NCBI GenBank assembly: GCA_043803205.1
Contig: JAZDKG010000070.1
Span: forward strand, 1,725-65,724
Length of the DNA stretch: 64,000 nucleotides
Source: Planctomycetota bacterium
GTDB taxonomy: Bacteria > Planctomycetota > DG-23 > JAZDKG01
Direction: 5' to 3'
Part shown: positions 37,748-48,503 of the stretch, piece by piece
Numbering within the stretch: the stretch's first letter is position 1
Layout: the number at the start of each line of letters is the position of its first letter
The notes under the pieces: generated by a model
Databases searched by the model: none
What the model saw: the letters and a program-made list of their open reading frames with translations, nothing else
What the model was told of the DNA's origin: nothing
Program-made: the position numbers and the translations under genes

Positions 37748-38134
37748 TTATCCGCGGAGCGACGTCACGCTCTTCTTCCCCGCCACCGTCGTCTTCTTGC
37801 CCGGGCGGGTCCGCGCGTTGGTGCGGGTCCGCTGCCCGCGGACGGGGAGTCCTCTCCTGTGCCGGAGTCCCCGGTAGCAGCCGATGTCCCGCAGGCGGGA
37901 GATGTTCTGGGCCTCCTGACGCCGGAGCTGTCCCTCGATCACCCAGTCCTTCTCGATGATCGAGGCGAGGCGGTTGATTTCGTCCTCGGTGAGCTCCTTG
38001 GCGCGCTTGTCCGGGCTGATCCCCGCCTCTGCGAGGATCCGCTCGCTGGAGGTCCGTCCCACGCCGTAGATGTAGGTGAGCGACACCGCGATGCGCTTGG
38101 CGTCCGGGATCTCAATACCGACGATACGAGGCAT
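37748..38134 (-). CDS. rpsM: 30S ribosomal protein S13
   Basis: [26 protein letters not shown]... Confidence 0.92.
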   Translation of the reverse strand: MPRIVGIEIPDAKRIAVSLTYIYGVGRTSSERILAEAGISPDKRAKELTEDEINRLASIIEKDWVIEGQLRRQEAQNISRLRDIGCYRGLRHRRGLPVRGQRTRTNARTRPGKKTTVAGKKSVTSLRG

Positions 38135-38152
38135 ACCCTCTCCTCTCGCTCG

Positions 38153-38266
38153 TTAGCCCTGCCGGCGCTTGTGTCGCGGGTTCTGACAGATCACCCGCAC
38201 CACGCCCTTGCGCCGGACGATCTTACAGTGCTCACAGATTCGCTTGATACTCGACCGAACCTTCAT
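38153..38266 (-). CDS. rpmJ: 50S ribosomal protein L36
   Basis: Not in the ORF track. Hand-translated minus strand gives [37 protein letters not shown]. Confidence 0.85.
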   Translation of the reverse strand: MKVRSSIKRICEHCKIVRRKGVVRVICQNPRHKRRQG

Positions 38267-38291
38267 CCCAACGGCTCCTATCGAATCCGTC

Positions 38292-38516
38292 CTACTCCCG
38301 GTAGACGATGCGTCCCCGCGTGAGGTCGTACGGGGACATCTCGACCGTCACCCGGTCGCCGGGAAGGATCCGGATGAAGTTCATCCGCATCTTCCCCGAC
38401 ACGTGCGCCAGGACAAGGTGTCCGTTGGCGAGCTCGACGCGGAACATCGCGTTGGGCAACGCCTCTTTCACCACGGCCTCGACGCGTATGGGCTCCTCTT
38501 TCGCCACGACCTTCAC
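38292..38516 (-). CDS. infA: translation initiation factor IF-1
   Basis: ...[54 protein letters not shown]. Confidence 0.92.
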   Translation of the reverse strand: MKVVAKEEPIRVEAVVKEALPNAMFRVELANGHLVLAHVSGKMRMNFIRILPGDRVTVEMSPYDLTRGRIVYRE

Positions 38517-38526
38517 CTCGTTCCGT

Positions 38527-39291
38527 TCAACCTTCGCCGAAATCCGTCAGCACGCGGGCCCCGTCCTCCGTGACGGCCACCGTGTGCTCGAAATGCACGC
38601 TCGTCAGCCGATCGCGCGTGACCACCGTCCATCCGTCGGACAGCGTCTCCACGTCGCCCCCTCCGGCGTTCACCATCGGCTCGATCGCGAGCACCATCCC
38701 GACCTCGAGCTTCGTCCCGGCGCGCAGGATCCCACCATCTACAAAGTTCGGGACCTGCGGCTCCTCGTGCATCTCCCGACCGATCCCGTGGCCCGTGTAT
38801 TTCCTGACCACGGAAAAGCCGTTCCGTTCCGCCCGGGACTGGATCGCACCGCACAGCTCCGCGAGCGCCAGTCCCGCGCGCGCCTTGGCGATCGCGTCGG
38901 AGAGCGCTTCCCTTCCGACCGCCAGGAGCGCCCGGTCGCGCTCGCTCACCTCGCCGACCGGAAACGTCCAGGCGGCGTCGGCGCACCAGCCCTTCCGCCG
39001 CACCCCGACGTCGACGCTGACGAGGTCGCCCCGGACAAGCTCCCTCGGCCCGGGGATCCCGTGGACGACCTCCTCGTTCACCGAGATGCACGCGGACGCC
39101 GGGAAGCCCCGGTATCCCAGGAAGAGGGGCACGCCCCCGTTCTTCCGGATCACCTCGTCGACGCGCGCGTTCAGCGCCGCCGTCGTCACACTCAGCGCGA
39201 TCATCCCGCGAACCTCGAGAAGAGCCTCCGCCACGATCCGTCCCGCCCTTTCCATGAGACGGACCTGCCGAGCGGTTTTGAGGTGAATCAT
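38527..39291 (-). CDS. map: methionine aminopeptidase, type I
   Basis: 254 aa. ...[18 protein letters not shown]...[14 protein letters not shown]... Confidence 0.9.
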   Translation of the reverse strand: MIHLKTARQVRLMERAGRIVAEALLEVRGMIALSVTTAALNARVDEVIRKNGGVPLFLGYRGFPASACISVNEEVVHGIPGPRELVRGDLVSVDVGVRRKGWCADAAWTFPVGEVSERDRALLAVGREALSDAIAKARAGLALAELCGAIQSRAERNGFSVVRKYTGHGIGREMHEEPQVPNFVDGGILRAGTKLEVGMVLAIEPMVNAGGGDVETLSDGWTVVTRDRLTSVHFEHTVAVTEDGARVLTDFGEG

Positions 39292-39956
39292 CCACGCCCA
39301 CTCCTGTCCGACAGCGTCGCCAGCGCCGTCGAGACGCGCCTGGCGACCGACTCCTCGTCGTCGTCGCCGGGAACCTCCACGAGCGCTCCGCGCGCCCGGT
39401 AGAAGTCGATGAGGGGCGCCGTCTCCTTGTCATAGATCGAAAGCCGCTCCCGGATCGCGTCCGGGCGGTCGTCCTTGCGCTGAATAAGTTCGACGCCGCA
39501 GGCGTCGCACCGTCCGTCGCTGGCGGGGGGCATGAGCTTCACGTGGTAGTTGCGTCCGCATTTCGGACAGGTTCTCCGTCCGGACAGCCTCTCGAGCACC
39601 GTGTCGGAGCGCACCGCGAAGTAAACTACGGCGTCCAAGACTTCCCCCTGAACCCGCAACGCTTCCTCGAGCGCTTCCGCCTGGGCGAGGTTCCTGGGAA
39701 AGCCGTCGAGCACGAACCCTTTTCGGTCGGGCACGCGGCGGAGGCTCTCCTCCACCAGCTTCACGACCAGTTCGTCGGGGACGAGTCGGCCCTCATCCAC
39801 GTAACCTTTCGCTTCCTTTCCGAGCTTCGTGCCTTGACGCATCGCCGTCCGCAGGAGTTCGCCTGTCGAGACGTGCACGAGGTCGAACTCCGTTGCGGCG
39901 CGCAACGCCTGCGTTCCTTTTCCCGCGCCCGGTCGTCCCAGGAATACGAGTCTCAT
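39288..39956 (-). CDS. adk: adenylate kinase
   Basis: MRLVFLGRPGAGKGTQA... with Zn-lid CPKCGRNYH...CDACG. Only the C-terminal 222 aa of track ORF 39288..40898. ATGA overlap with secY. Confidence 0.9.
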   Translation of the reverse strand: MRLVFLGRPGAGKGTQALRAATEFDLVHVSTGELLRTAMRQGTKLGKEAKGYVDEGRLVPDELVVKLVEESLRRVPDRKGFVLDGFPRNLAQAEALEEALRVQGEVLDAVVYFAVRSDTVLERLSGRRTCPKCGRNYHVKLMPPASDGRCDACGVELIQRKDDRPDAIRERLSIYDKETAPLIDFYRARGALVEVPGDDDEESVARRVSTALATLSDRSGRG

Positions 39957-41281
39957 CGGCGCCCCCGAATCCGGCCGCCCTTGGCCCCAAGGAAGCCGCC
40001 GTAATGTTTCTGGATCATCTGGCTCTCGAGCCTTTCCATGAGGTCGAGGCCCACGCCGACGACGATCAGGATCGACGTGCCGCCGAAGTACTGGATCACC
40101 TCGTAGCGTCCGCCGATGTTGAAGGCGCGGCCCACGAGTTGGGGGAGGAGGGCGATCGCCGTCAGGAACGCCGCCCCCGCGAAGGTGATCCGGACCATCA
40201 CGCCTTCGAGGTAATCCGCGGTCTTCCTCCCGGGCCGAATCCCCGGGATGAAGCTTCCGTACTGCTTCAGGTCGTCCGAGAGCTCCTTCGGCTTGAACGT
40301 AAGCGACGTCCAGAAGTAGCAGAAGAAGAAGATGAGCGGCACATAGCACAACACGTACAGAAATCCCCCCGCCTGGAACCACTTCACCATGGTCTCCCAG
40401 AAGCTCGCCCCCTGCGTGATGCCCGAGATCGTCCGGAAGAAGTAGGCCGGGAAGATCAGGAGGCTGGACCCGAAGATGATCGGCATGACGGAGGCGTGGT
40501 TCACGCGGAGGGGGAGGTAGGTCCGCTGGCCCCCCAGCACGCGCGTGCCGCGGGTGATCTTGGCCTGCTGCATGGGGATGCGTCTCTGTCCCTGGGTGAT
40601 GAAGACGACGCCCACGACGACGACGACGAACACGACGAGGAGGGCCCCGACGGTCAAGGGGTTGAGGCCCCCGGATTCCGTCAGTCGCCAGGTCATGTTG
40701 GAGCCGACGAAGTGCACGGCCTGGGGCAACCGGGAAACGATCCCGGCCATGATGATGAGCGAGACGCCGTTCCCGACTCCGTATTCGGTGATCTGGTCCC
40801 CGAGCCACATGAGGAACATGGCGCCCGTCGTGAGGGTCATCATCGTAAGGAAGTAGAACCCGATTCCGGACGGCATGGCGCCACCGCCCAGAAGCCACTT
40901 GTAATAGACGGTCCCCTGGAAGAGGCAGATCGCGATCGTCCCGAGCCGATGGTAGAAGCGGATCTTCTCGTATCCCTTCGCCCCCTCCTTGCTGAGCTGT
41001 TCGAGGTGGGGGATGACGCCCTGGAGGAGTTGAAGGATGATCGTAGCGGTGATGTAGGGCATGATACCCAGCGCGAAGACGCTCAGTCTCCCCAGCGCGC
41101 CGCCCGAGACGATGTCCACCACGCCCAGGAGGGGGCTAAAGAACTCCTTGACGGCTTCCGGGCGGGCGCCCGGAAGCGGAAGGGCGCTGCCAAGGCGATA
41201 GACCACGAGGAGTCCCAGCGTGATCCAGATCCGCTTCTTCATCTCCTGGTCGCGGAAGAGATTGAGAAGCTGTTTCAGCAC
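39953..41281 (-). CDS. secY: preprotein translocase subunit SecY
   Basis: 442 aa, 10 TM, ...LGIMPYITATIILQLL... Confidence 0.92.
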   Translation of the reverse strand: MLKQLLNLFRDQEMKKRIWITLGLLVVYRLGSALPLPGARPEAVKEFFSPLLGVVDIVSGGALGRLSVFALGIMPYITATIILQLLQGVIPHLEQLSKEGAKGYEKIRFYHRLGTIAICLFQGTVYYKWLLGGGAMPSGIGFYFLTMMTLTTGAMFLMWLGDQITEYGVGNGVSLIIMAGIVSRLPQAVHFVGSNMTWRLTESGGLNPLTVGALLVVFVVVVVGVVFITQGQRRIPMQQAKITRGTRVLGGQRTYLPLRVNHASVMPIIFGSSLLIFPAYFFRTISGITQGASFWETMVKWFQAGGFLYVLCYVPLIFFFCYFWTSLTFKPKELSDDLKQYGSFIPGIRPGRKTADYLEGVMVRITFAGAAFLTAIALLPQLVGRAFNIGGRYEVIQYFGGTSILIVVGVGLDLMERLESQMIQKHYGGFLGAKGGRIRGRR

Positions 41282-41724
41282 GACACGATCTCCACACTGC
41301 CCCCGGCCTTTTCGATCTTCGCGCGGGCGCCCGCACTGGCGCGGTGCACCTTCACGCGGAGCGGGCGATCCACGTCCCCGTCGCCCAGGAGTTTCACGCC
41401 ATCGCGGACGTTCTTCACGAGGCCGTGCTCGCGAAGCGCCTCCACGGTGACCTCGTCGTTCGGGTGGAAGACCTTGAGGTCCGCCACGTTGACGATCGCG
41501 TATTCCTTGCGGAAGTTGGCGTTATTGAACCCGCGCTTGGGGATCCGGCGGAAGAGCGGCATCTGGCCGCCCTCAAAGAAGCGCCGGCGGGAATAGCCGC
41601 TGCGCGCCTTCTGTCCCTTGGAGCCCCTGCCCGAGGTCCCGCCGACCCCGGATGCGGTGCCCCGTCCCCGGCGCTTGCGACGCCCCTTCGGCACCTTTAC
41701 CGCGTAGACGTCCTTCAGGTTCAT
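41275..41724 (-). CDS. rplO: 50S ribosomal protein L15
   Basis: MNLKDVYAVKVPKGRRKRRGRGTASGVGGTSGRGSKGQKARSG... Confidence 0.92.
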   Translation of the reverse strand: MNLKDVYAVKVPKGRRKRRGRGTASGVGGTSGRGSKGQKARSGYSRRRFFEGGQMPLFRRIPKRGFNNANFRKEYAIVNVADLKVFHPNDEVTVEALREHGLVKNVRDGVKLLGDGDVDRPLRVKVHRASAGARAKIEKAGGSVEIVSC

Positions 41725-42203
41725 CGGAGCTTCACTCCCCGCAGCTTCTCGACCTGCTCGACCGTCTTGAGCTTCGTCAAGCCGTTCATCGCCGCTTTCA
41801 CGAGGTTGACGGGGTTAGCGGACCGGATCGACTTCGTGAACACGTTCCGCACCCCCGCCGCCACCACGACCGCGCGCACCGCCGCCCCCGCGATGACGCC
41901 GGTCCCGGGGGGCGCGGGCTTGAGGACCACCTTCGCGGCTCCGTATTCGCCCCACACCAGGTGCGGGATCGTACCGTCGTGCACGGGCACGTCGACCAGG
42001 TGCTTGTGCGCGTCCTGGACCGCTTTCTCCACGGCGTCGGGGACTTCGTTCGCTTTCCCGAACCCGCACCCCACTCTTCCGCGGCGGTTGCCGACCACGA
42101 CAAGCGCGCTGAAGCTGAAGCGCCTCCCGCCCTTGACGACCGTCGCCACCCGGTTGATCCGAACCACCGTCTCCGAGAACTCGGGCATTTCCTGCTCAGG
42201 CAC
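41721..42203 (-). CDS. rpsE: 30S ribosomal protein S5
   Basis: ...VVRINRVATVVKGGRRFSFSALVVVGN... Confidence 0.92.
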   Translation of the reverse strand: MPEQEMPEFSETVVRINRVATVVKGGRRFSFSALVVVGNRRGRVGCGFGKANEVPDAVEKAVQDAHKHLVDVPVHDGTIPHLVWGEYGAAKVVLKPAPPGTGVIAGAAVRAVVVAAGVRNVFTKSIRSANPVNLVKAAMNGLTKLKTVEQVEKLRGVKLR

Positions 42204-42220
42204 GATCCACTCTCCACCAA

Positions 42221-42583
42221 TCAGAACTGAAGACCCGCCTCACGGGCGGCGTCAGCCAGCGCCTTGATGCGGCCGTGGTACTTGTATCCCGCGCGGTCGA
42301 ACGCGACTTTGCGAACCCCATGTTCCTGCGCGATGCGGGCGATCTCCTTCCCCACCGCCTTCGCCGCGTCCTGTTTGCGACACTTTCCGAACTCCTCGCG
42401 CAGCCGTTTCGTAAGCGTCGAGCAGCCCCCGAGCGTGCGCTGCGCCACGTCGTCGACGAGCTGACAGTAGATCTGCCGCTCGCTGCGAAAGACGCACAGC
42501 CTCGGCCGCTCAGCGGTGCCGGAGAGCTTCCGCCGCACCCGAAGGTGCCGGCGCAGGCGCCTCTCCCGATTCTCCCGCGTCAT
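42221..42583 (-). CDS. rplR: 50S ribosomal protein L18
   Basis: ...[33 protein letters not shown]... Confidence 0.92.
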   Translation of the reverse strand: MTRENRERRLRRHLRVRRKLSGTAERPRLCVFRSERQIYCQLVDDVAQRTLGGCSTLTKRLREEFGKCRKQDAAKAVGKEIARIAQEHGVRKVAFDRAGYKYHGRIKALADAAREAGLQF

Positions 42584-42619
42584 CCGTCGCTCCTCTCTCT
42601 TCCACGGGCACCGACCGTT

Positions 42620-43174
42620 TTAGGCGGGCCCGCTCACGAACGCCTTGCCCTGCTTGCGTCGGACCGTTTCGCCCGCGTAGCGGATGCCTTTGCCCTTGTA
42701 GGGCTCGGGGGGACGGACGGCGCGCACCTCGCAGGCGAACTGTCCGACCAGCTGCTTGTCCGCCCCGGTGATGATGATCTCCGTCGGGGAGGGGCATTCC
42801 ACTTTCAGGCCCTCGGGCACAGGCATCTCGACCGCGTGGCTGAAGCCCACGTTCACGGCGAGCTTTTTCCCCTGGACCTTCGCGTTATAGCCCACGCCGA
42901 CGATCTCGAGCTTTTTGGTAAATCCCTTGCTGACGCCGAGGACCATGTTGGCCGCCAGCGCCCGCACGAGGCCGTGGAGCGCCCGGTTGCGCTTCTCGTC
43001 GTCCAGGCGATGCACCGTGATGCGCCGTGCTCCGTCGTCCACCTCCACCCGGATGGGGTCCGGGACGGGGAGCGTAAGCTTCCCCAGCGGCCCCGACACC
43101 TCGAGCACGCGCGCGCTCACCGAGGCCTTCACCTTTTCCCCCATCTCCACCGGTTTGCGTCCGATCCGCGACAT
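42620..43174 (-). CDS. rplF: 50S ribosomal protein L6
   Basis: MSRIGRKPVEMGEKVKASVS... Confidence 0.92.
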   Translation of the reverse strand: MSRIGRKPVEMGEKVKASVSARVLEVSGPLGKLTLPVPDPIRVEVDDGARRITVHRLDDEKRNRALHGLVRALAANMVLGVSKGFTKKLEIVGVGYNAKVQGKKLAVNVGFSHAVEMPVPEGLKVECPSPTEIIITGADKQLVGQFACEVRAVRPPEPYKGKGIRYAGETVRRKQGKAFVSGPA

Positions 43175-43187
43175 CGTAAAATCCTAC

Positions 43188-43586
43188 CTACCACACCTTG
43201 CAGAGGACCTCGCCGCCGACGCGCAGGCGTCTCGCCTCCCGGTCGCTCAGCACGCCACGGGGCGTCGAGACGACCGCGATTCCCATCCCGCCGAGCACGC
43301 GCGGAAGGTCCTTCATCGCACAGTACACGCGTCGGCCGGGCCGACTCTCCCGGACGATTTTCGTGATCACCTTCTCCCCGTTCTCCCCGTACCTCAACGT
43401 CACCGTCAGCGCCGCGCGCTCGCCCTCGCGTTGCACCGAGTAGTCCTCGATGAAGCCTTCGCGCTTGAGGGCGCTGGCGATCCCCACCTTGAGCCTCGAG
43501 CTGGGCATCGACGCCGTGGCGCGCCCGATCCGCATGGCATTGCGCATCCGCGTCAACATGTCGGCCACAGGATCCGTCATCACCAT
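43188..43586 (-). CDS. rpsH: 30S ribosomal protein S8
   Basis: MVMTDPVADMLTRMRNAMRIGRA... Confidence 0.92.
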   Translation of the reverse strand: MVMTDPVADMLTRMRNAMRIGRATASMPSSRLKVGIASALKREGFIEDYSVQREGERAALTVTLRYGENGEKVITKIVRESRPGRRVYCAMKDLPRVLGGMGIAVVSTPRGVLSDREARRLRVGGEVLCKVW

Positions 43587-43617
43587 CGAAACGCTCTCCT
43601 TCTCTTCCCGTCGGCGG

Positions 43618-43803
43618 TCACCAGCTCGCCTTGCGGACGCCCGGGATCTTGCCCTCGAGGGCGAGGTTCCGGAAACAGATCCGGCAGATCCCGAACTTCC
43701 GGTAATAGGCCCGCGCGCGGCCGCACAGCGCGCACCGGTTGTACCTGCGCACGGGGAACTTCGGGGGCTTCCTGCATTTCTCGATCAACGCCAGACGAGC
43801 CAT
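43618..43803 (-). CDS. rpsZ: 30S ribosomal protein S14, Zn-binding type Z
   Basis: 61 aa, MARLALIEK...[22 protein letters not shown] (four Cys). Confidence 0.92.
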   Translation of the reverse strand: MARLALIEKCRKPPKFPVRRYNRCALCGRARAYYRKFGICRICFRNLALEGKIPGVRKASW

Positions 43804-43813
43804 GTGCGTCCTT

Positions 43814-44356
43814 TCACTGCGTCCGGAACGGCATGCCGAAATGCGCGAGGAGTCGCCTCGAGGCGTCCGTCGATGTGCTCCGGATCACAATCGTGATGTT
43901 CATCCCCTGCTGGAACTCCACCTGATCAACCGAGATCTCCGGGAACACGAGCTGGTCCGTGAGGCCCAGCGAGTAGTTCCCGTGCGGGTCAAACGCGTCC
44001 GGGGAAAGCCCCCGGAAGTCGCGCACGCGGGGGAGGACGATGGAGATCAGGCGGTCCAGGAACTCATACATGCGCTTCCGGCGCAGCGTGACCTTGAGCC
44101 CGACCTTGACACCCATGCGGACCTTGAAGGCCGACACGCTCTTGCGCGCCTGCGTCACCAGGGGTTTCTGGCCCGTGATAAGCGCGATGTCCTTGGTCGC
44201 CGCCTCCATGCGTTTCGGGTCCTGCAGCGCCTTTCCGAGGCCCATGGACACGACGATCTTCTCCACCCGGGGCACCGCGTAGCGGTTCTTCTCCCCGAGC
44301 TCTTCCATCAAGGCCGGAACGATTTCTTCCCGATAGCGTTCACGCAGTCGAACCAT
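43814..44356 (-). CDS. rplE: 50S ribosomal protein L5
   Basis: [21 protein letters not shown]... Confidence 0.92.
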   Translation of the reverse strand: MVRLRERYREEIVPALMEELGEKNRYAVPRVEKIVVSMGLGKALQDPKRMEAATKDIALITGQKPLVTQARKSVSAFKVRMGVKVGLKVTLRRKRMYEFLDRLISIVLPRVRDFRGLSPDAFDPHGNYSLGLTDQLVFPEISVDQVEFQQGMNITIVIRSTSTDASRRLLAHFGMPFRTQ

Positions 44357-44407
44357 CGCTTCTCTCCGCGGAGCGCCCGCCGTCCGGCGGGCCGTCTCCG
44401 AAACCTC

Positions 44408-44758
44408 CTACTGCGAGGAGCCCTTTGGCATCTCTTTTCCGCATTTCTTGCACACGCGGACCTTTTCTCCCTCGCGGGTCTGGACGCCGTAGCGTCTCCC
44501 CCGGTCGCACTCCGCGCACACGACGAGCACGTTGGACACGTCGATCGGCGCCTCGCGCCGGGAGCGCGCGCCGTATGGGTTATCCTGGCTGCGACGGACG
44601 TGCTTCACGACGATATTCACGCCCTGCACCACAACGCGGCCTTTTTTGGGGATGCACTGGAGCACCTGCCCCTTCTTCCCCTTGTACCGCCCCGTCATCA
44701 CCTCCACGAGGTCGCCCCGTCGCACGTGCATGTGCATCCGCTCCCTCACTGCGTGCAT
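44408..44758 (-). CDS. rplX: 50S ribosomal protein L24
   Basis: ...HVRRGDLVEVMTGRYKGKKGQVL... (KOW). Confidence 0.9.
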   Translation of the reverse strand: MHAVRERMHMHVRRGDLVEVMTGRYKGKKGQVLQCIPKKGRVVVQGVNIVVKHVRRSQDNPYGARSRREAPIDVSNVLVVCAECDRGRRYGVQTREGEKVRVCKKCGKEMPKGSSQ

Positions 44759-45126
44759 CAGACGACCTCCGCCGCTAGCGACACGATCTTCATGAAGTTC
44801 TTCTGCCTCAGCTCACGCGCCACCGCGCCGAAGATGCGCGTGCCCCTGGGCTCCCGGTTCTCGTCGATGATGACGATCGCGTTCCGGTCGAAGCGCAGTC
44901 CCGAGCCGTCCTCCCGGCGGATGAGCGACTTGGTCCGGACCACGACGCCCTTAACGATCTCGCCGGGCTGCACCGCGCCGCCCGGGATCGCCTTCTTCAC
45001 GGTGGCCACGATGATGTCCCCGACGCGGGCGTAGCGTCGTCCGGACCCGCCCAGGACCCGGATGCACAACACCTGCTTGGCGCCGGTGTTGTCAGCCACA
45101 TCGAGCCTGGTCTCCTGCATAATCAT
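44758..45126 (-). CDS. rplN: 50S ribosomal protein L14
   Basis: [28 protein letters not shown]... Confidence 0.92.
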   Translation of the reverse strand: MIMQETRLDVADNTGAKQVLCIRVLGGSGRRYARVGDIIVATVKKAIPGGAVQPGEIVKGVVVRTKSLIRREDGSGLRFDRNAIVIIDENREPRGTRIFGAVARELRQKNFMKIVSLAAEVV

Positions 45127-45147
45127 CTTCGTCGCTCCATCGTCGTC

Positions 45148-45405
45148 CTACTCGGCGGCCCGCAGAACCCGCACGAGCCGCCAGCGTTTTCGCCGCGACA
45201 ACGGCCGCGTCTGCGCGATCTCCACAACGTCCCCCACCTTCGCCTTCTTCTCCTCGTCGTGCGCGAGGTACTTCTGCGCGCGTCGGATGTACTTCTTGTA
45301 CCGCGCGTGCTGCACCAGGCGCTCGTGCCGCACCACGATCGTCTTCTGCATCGCGTCCGAGGTCACCACCCCCACCAGCGTCATGCGTTTGCTTCTCGGC
45401 TCCAT
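45148..45405 (-). CDS. rpsQ: 30S ribosomal protein S17
   Basis: ...KRMTLVGVVTSDAMQKTIVVRHERLVQHARYKKYI... Confidence 0.92.
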   Translation of the reverse strand: MEPRSKRMTLVGVVTSDAMQKTIVVRHERLVQHARYKKYIRRAQKYLAHDEEKKAKVGDVVEIAQTRPLSRRKRWRLVRVLRAAE

Positions 45406-45632
45406 CAGGCCTTCTCCTCGACCCCGGCCTTCCCGGCCGTCTCTTTCTGTCTCAGGATCGTCTTGAGCTGCGCCAGCGTGCGGCGGCTGCGGGAATACTC
45501 GGCGTTCTTCTGCGCGCCCTCGATCGCCATCTGGAACCGGAGGTTGAAGATTTTCTTCTGCGTATCGGCGATCCGCTGCTCCAAGTCCTCGGCCGGGAGG
45601 TCACGCGCCTCCAGAAGCTCGTTGCGCTTCAT
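45405..45632 (-). CDS. rpmC: 50S ribosomal protein L29
   Basis: [34 protein letters not shown].... ATG at 45632 inside track ORF 45405..45662. Confidence 0.88.
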   Translation of the reverse strand: MKRNELLEARDLPAEDLEQRIADTQKKIFNLRFQMAIEGAQKNAEYSRSRRTLAQLKTILRQKETAGKAGVEEKA

Positions 45633-46048
45633 ATCGTGCGCCTCCTCGGGACAAACCTGCACTTGACGCCCATCTTGTGCGAGACCCGGCTGAGGGTCTG
45701 GCGCGCGAGATCCTCCGTCACCCCTCCGAGCTCGAAGAGGATCGTCCCGGGTCTGACGACGGCGGTCCAGAACTCCGGCTCCCCCTTCCCCGTCCCCATG
45801 CGCGTTTCGGCGGGTTTGGCGGTCAGGCTCTTGTGCGGAAAGACCCGGATCCAGAGCTTCCCCTCGCGTCCCAGGAAGTGGGTAGCTGCCACCCGGCCCG
45901 CCTCGATCTGCCGCGCCGTGAGCCAGCCAGACTGCAACGACTGGAGTCCGTAGTCCCCGAACTCGACGGCGTTGCCGCGGCTCGCCAGACCCTTCACCCT
46001 ACCGCGCTGCAGCTTTCGAAACTTGACGCGCTTGGGCATCAGCGCCAT
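45629..46048 (-). CDS. rplP: 50S ribosomal protein L16
   Basis: [23 protein letters not shown].... Likely start at 46039 (MPKR). Overlaps the rpsC 3' end by about 40 nt. Confidence 0.9.
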   Translation of the reverse strand: MALMPKRVKFRKLQRGRVKGLASRGNAVEFGDYGLQSLQSGWLTARQIEAGRVAATHFLGREGKLWIRVFPHKSLTAKPAETRMGTGKGEPEFWTAVVRPGTILFELGGVTEDLARQTLSRVSHKMGVKCRFVPRRRTI

Positions 46049-46697
46049 CGTTCACGTCCTCTCTTTCCCTTCGATCGCCCCGATAGATCCATACCTTCAC
46101 GCCGATCGCCCCGTAGGTCGTCCGGGCGGTCGTGGTTCCGTAGGAGATGTCCGCTTGGAGCGTCGTGAGCGGAATGCTCCCCGAGATGGCGTTCTCGGTC
46201 CGGGCCATTTCGGCCCCGCCGAGGCGACCGGAGACGCGCACCTTCACGCCGCGGGCGCCAGCCTGCATGCAGGTGTCCAGCGTCCGTTTCATCGCCCTCC
46301 GGAAGCTCTGCCTCTTGATGAGCTGCTCCGCAATCGACTCCGCCACGAGCTGGGCGTCGAGGTCCGGGTCCTTCACCTCGCGGATGCTCACGCTCACGTT
46401 TCCCGTCCTTCGAGTGAGCTCCTCGATCGCCAGGCGCAGCTCATCGACGATCGCGCCACGCTTCCCGATAATGAGGCCCGGGCGGGCGGCGTAGAGGATG
46501 ACGTTCAGCTCCTCGCCCTTGCGCTCGAGCTCGATCTTCGGGATCCCGGCGCGTCCGTAGCGTCCCTTCACGTAGCGCCGGACCTTCTGGTCCTCGAGGA
46601 GTTTTTTCGGGAACTCCTGTTTGGTCGCGTACCAGCGACTGGACCAGTCTTCGGTCACGCCCACTCGGAACCCCGTCGGATGAACCTTTTGCCCCAT
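45999..46697 (-). CDS. rpsC: 30S ribosomal protein S3
   Basis: [24 protein letters not shown]... (KH domain). ATG at 46697 inside track ORF 45999..46823. Confidence 0.92.
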   Translation of the reverse strand: MGQKVHPTGFRVGVTEDWSSRWYATKQEFPKKLLEDQKVRRYVKGRYGRAGIPKIELERKGEELNVILYAARPGLIIGKRGAIVDELRLAIEELTRRTGNVSVSIREVKDPDLDAQLVAESIAEQLIKRQSFRRAMKRTLDTCMQAGARGVKVRVSGRLGGAEMARTENAISGSIPLTTLQADISYGTTTARTTYGAIGVKVWIYRGDRREREDVNDGADAQARQVSKAAAR

Positions 46698-46708
46698 ACG
46701 AGCTGCCC

Positions 46709-47038
46709 TTAAGCTTTCGGGCGGACCGCCACCCGGATGTGGCTCGTCCGCTTGAGAATTCGGTTCCACATGCCGCGCGCGCGGGCCTGTCCCCGCTTGA
46801 GCGTCGGCCCGTCGTCCGCGCACACTTCCACCACGTAGAGGTCGTCGACGTCCACGTCGACTCCGGCGTTTGCTATTGCGCTACGCAGCACCTTATGGAC
46901 GAAGATCGCCCCCCGCTTGCGGCTTGTCTGGAGGATGGTCAGCGCCTCGTTCACGGGTTTTCCGCGGATGAGGTCCAGGACCGGCCTTACCTTGTAAGGC
47001 GAGATCCTCGCAAACCGATGTCGCGCGACGAAATCCAT
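46709..47038 (-). CDS. rplV: 50S ribosomal protein L22
   Basis: ...ARHRFARISPYKVRPVLDLIRGKPVNEALTIL... Confidence 0.92.
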   Translation of the reverse strand: MDFVARHRFARISPYKVRPVLDLIRGKPVNEALTILQTSRKRGAIFVHKVLRSAIANAGVDVDVDDLYVVEVCADDGPTLKRGQARARGMWNRILKRTSHIRVAVRPKA

Positions 47039-47059
47039 CTCTTTCTCTCTCCGGCTGCG

Positions 47060-47335
47060 CTATTCCTCAGCAGCTTTTCTCGTCGAGTGTCCGCGGAAGG
47101 TCCGCGTGGGCGCGAACTCTCCAAGCTTGTGTCCCACCATCTCCTCGGTCACGAACGCCTTCACGAAGATCCGTCCATTATGGACGAGGAAGGTGTGGCC
47201 GACGAATTCCGGGACGATCGTACACGCGCGGCGCCACGTCTTGATCGGCTCCCGCGACCCTTCCTGGTCCTGTCGGGTCACCTTCCGAAGAAGCTTCGGG
47301 TCTACGTTGGGGCCTTTTTTCACCGAACGAGACAT
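47060..47335 (-). CDS. rpsS: 30S ribosomal protein S19
   Basis: [19 protein letters not shown]...[13 protein letters not shown]... Confidence 0.92.
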   Translation of the reverse strand: MSRSVKKGPNVDPKLLRKVTRQDQEGSREPIKTWRRACTIVPEFVGHTFLVHNGRIFVKAFVTEEMVGHKLGEFAPTRTFRGHSTRKAAEE

Positions 47336-47348
47336 CTGTCCAGGTCTC

Positions 47349-48182
47349 CTACTTCTTCCCCTTCGCGCGACGCAGGATGAACTTGCTCGACCGGTTCCGG
47401 CGTTTGCGCGTCTTGCCGCCCTTCGATAGTAACCCCGTCGGACTGCACGGATGCCGTCCGCCCCCCGTCCTTCCCTCCCCGCCCCCCATCGGGTGGCTGA
47501 CGGGGTTCTGCGCCGTCCCGCGGACGTAGGGACGCCAGCCTTTCCAGCGGTTCCGGCCGGCCTTGCCGATGGAGATCGTGTTATGCTCGGCGTTGCCGAC
47601 CTGCCCGATCGTCGCTATACAGTCGACGTGGACCTTGCGCATCTCCTTGCTGGGCAAGATGAGCATCGCGTAGTCGCCCTCGCGCGCGCTCAGGATCACG
47701 TAGCTTCCGGCGGAGCGGGCGAGCCGCGCCCCCATCCCCGGCGTGAGTTCCACAGCGTGCACCTCAAGGCCCAGGGGGATATTCCGCAGGGGCATGGCGT
47801 TGCCCGTCTTGGGCTCGACGCGCTCCCCGGCCACGATCGAGTCCCCGACCGCGAGGCCCTTCGGGGCGAGGATGTAGCGTTTTTCGCCGTCGGCGTAATG
47901 GAGGAGCGCGATCCGGGCGCTACGGTTGGGATCGTACTCCACCGCCGCCACCTTAGCCGGGACGTCGCGCTTGTCCCTCTTGAAGTCGATCACACGGAGG
48001 AGCTTTCGGGCGCCGCCCCCCCGGTGCCGCGCCGTGATTTTCCCCTGGAAGTTCCGTCCGCCTCGGCGGGACACACGTCGCACGAGCGTCTTCTCGGGCC
48101 TGCCCCTCGTCACCTCAGAGAAGTCCGAGACGGTGCCGAAGCGCCTCCCCGGTGTCGTCGGCTTGTATTCTTTCACGCCCAT
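47349..48182 (-). CDS. rplB: 50S ribosomal protein L2
   Basis: 277 aa, ...[28 protein letters not shown]... Confidence 0.92.
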   Translation of the reverse strand: MGVKEYKPTTPGRRFGTVSDFSEVTRGRPEKTLVRRVSRRGGRNFQGKITARHRGGGARKLLRVIDFKRDKRDVPAKVAAVEYDPNRSARIALLHYADGEKRYILAPKGLAVGDSIVAGERVEPKTGNAMPLRNIPLGLEVHAVELTPGMGARLARSAGSYVILSAREGDYAMLILPSKEMRKVHVDCIATIGQVGNAEHNTISIGKAGRNRWKGWRPYVRGTAQNPVSHPMGGGEGRTGGGRHPCSPTGLLSKGGKTRKRRNRSSKFILRRAKGKK

Positions 48183-48215
48183 GATGGTCTCCCCGGCGGT
48201 CTACTCACGATGCCC

Positions 48216-48503
48216 TTAGATGAACTCGATGCGCTGACCTTCGGCCAGCGTGACGATCGCCTTTTTCCAATCGGGCAGTTTCACGGATCCGGAGCGGGCC
48301 CTACGGTGCTTTCCCAAGACATTGGCCGTGCGCACCTTCATCACCTTCACGCCGAAGCGCTCCTCCACCGCCCGTCGGATATCCGACTTCGTCGCGCCCT
48401 TGTCCACCTCGAAGAGGTAGGCGTTGCGAGATTCGGTGAGGTATGTCCCGCGCTCCGTGATGAGCGGACGTCGGATCGTGTAATGCGACGGCAAGGCGGT
48501 CAC
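48216..48503 (-). CDS. rplW: 50S ribosomal protein L23
   Basis: ...YTIRRPLITERGTYL...VKVMKVRTANVLGKHRR...DWKKAIVTL.... GTG start at 48503 (GTGA overlap with rplD stop). The ATG-extended track ORF to 48671 would overlap rplD by 170 nt. Confidence 0.8.
   Translation of the reverse strand: MTALPSHYTIRRPLITERGTYLTESRNAYLFEVDKGATKSDIRRAVEERFGVKVMKVRTANVLGKHRRARSGSVKLPDWKKAIVTLAEGQRIEFI

Noticed and set aside
39288-40898. 536-aa ORF in the track
   Set aside because: Only the C-terminal 222 aa (from ATG 39956) is adenylate kinase. The upstream 314 aa are an out-of-frame read-through across secY. Similar 5' extensions were trimmed at 13239, 22993, 23685, 25247, 31334, 34729(-), 45999(-) and 48216(-).
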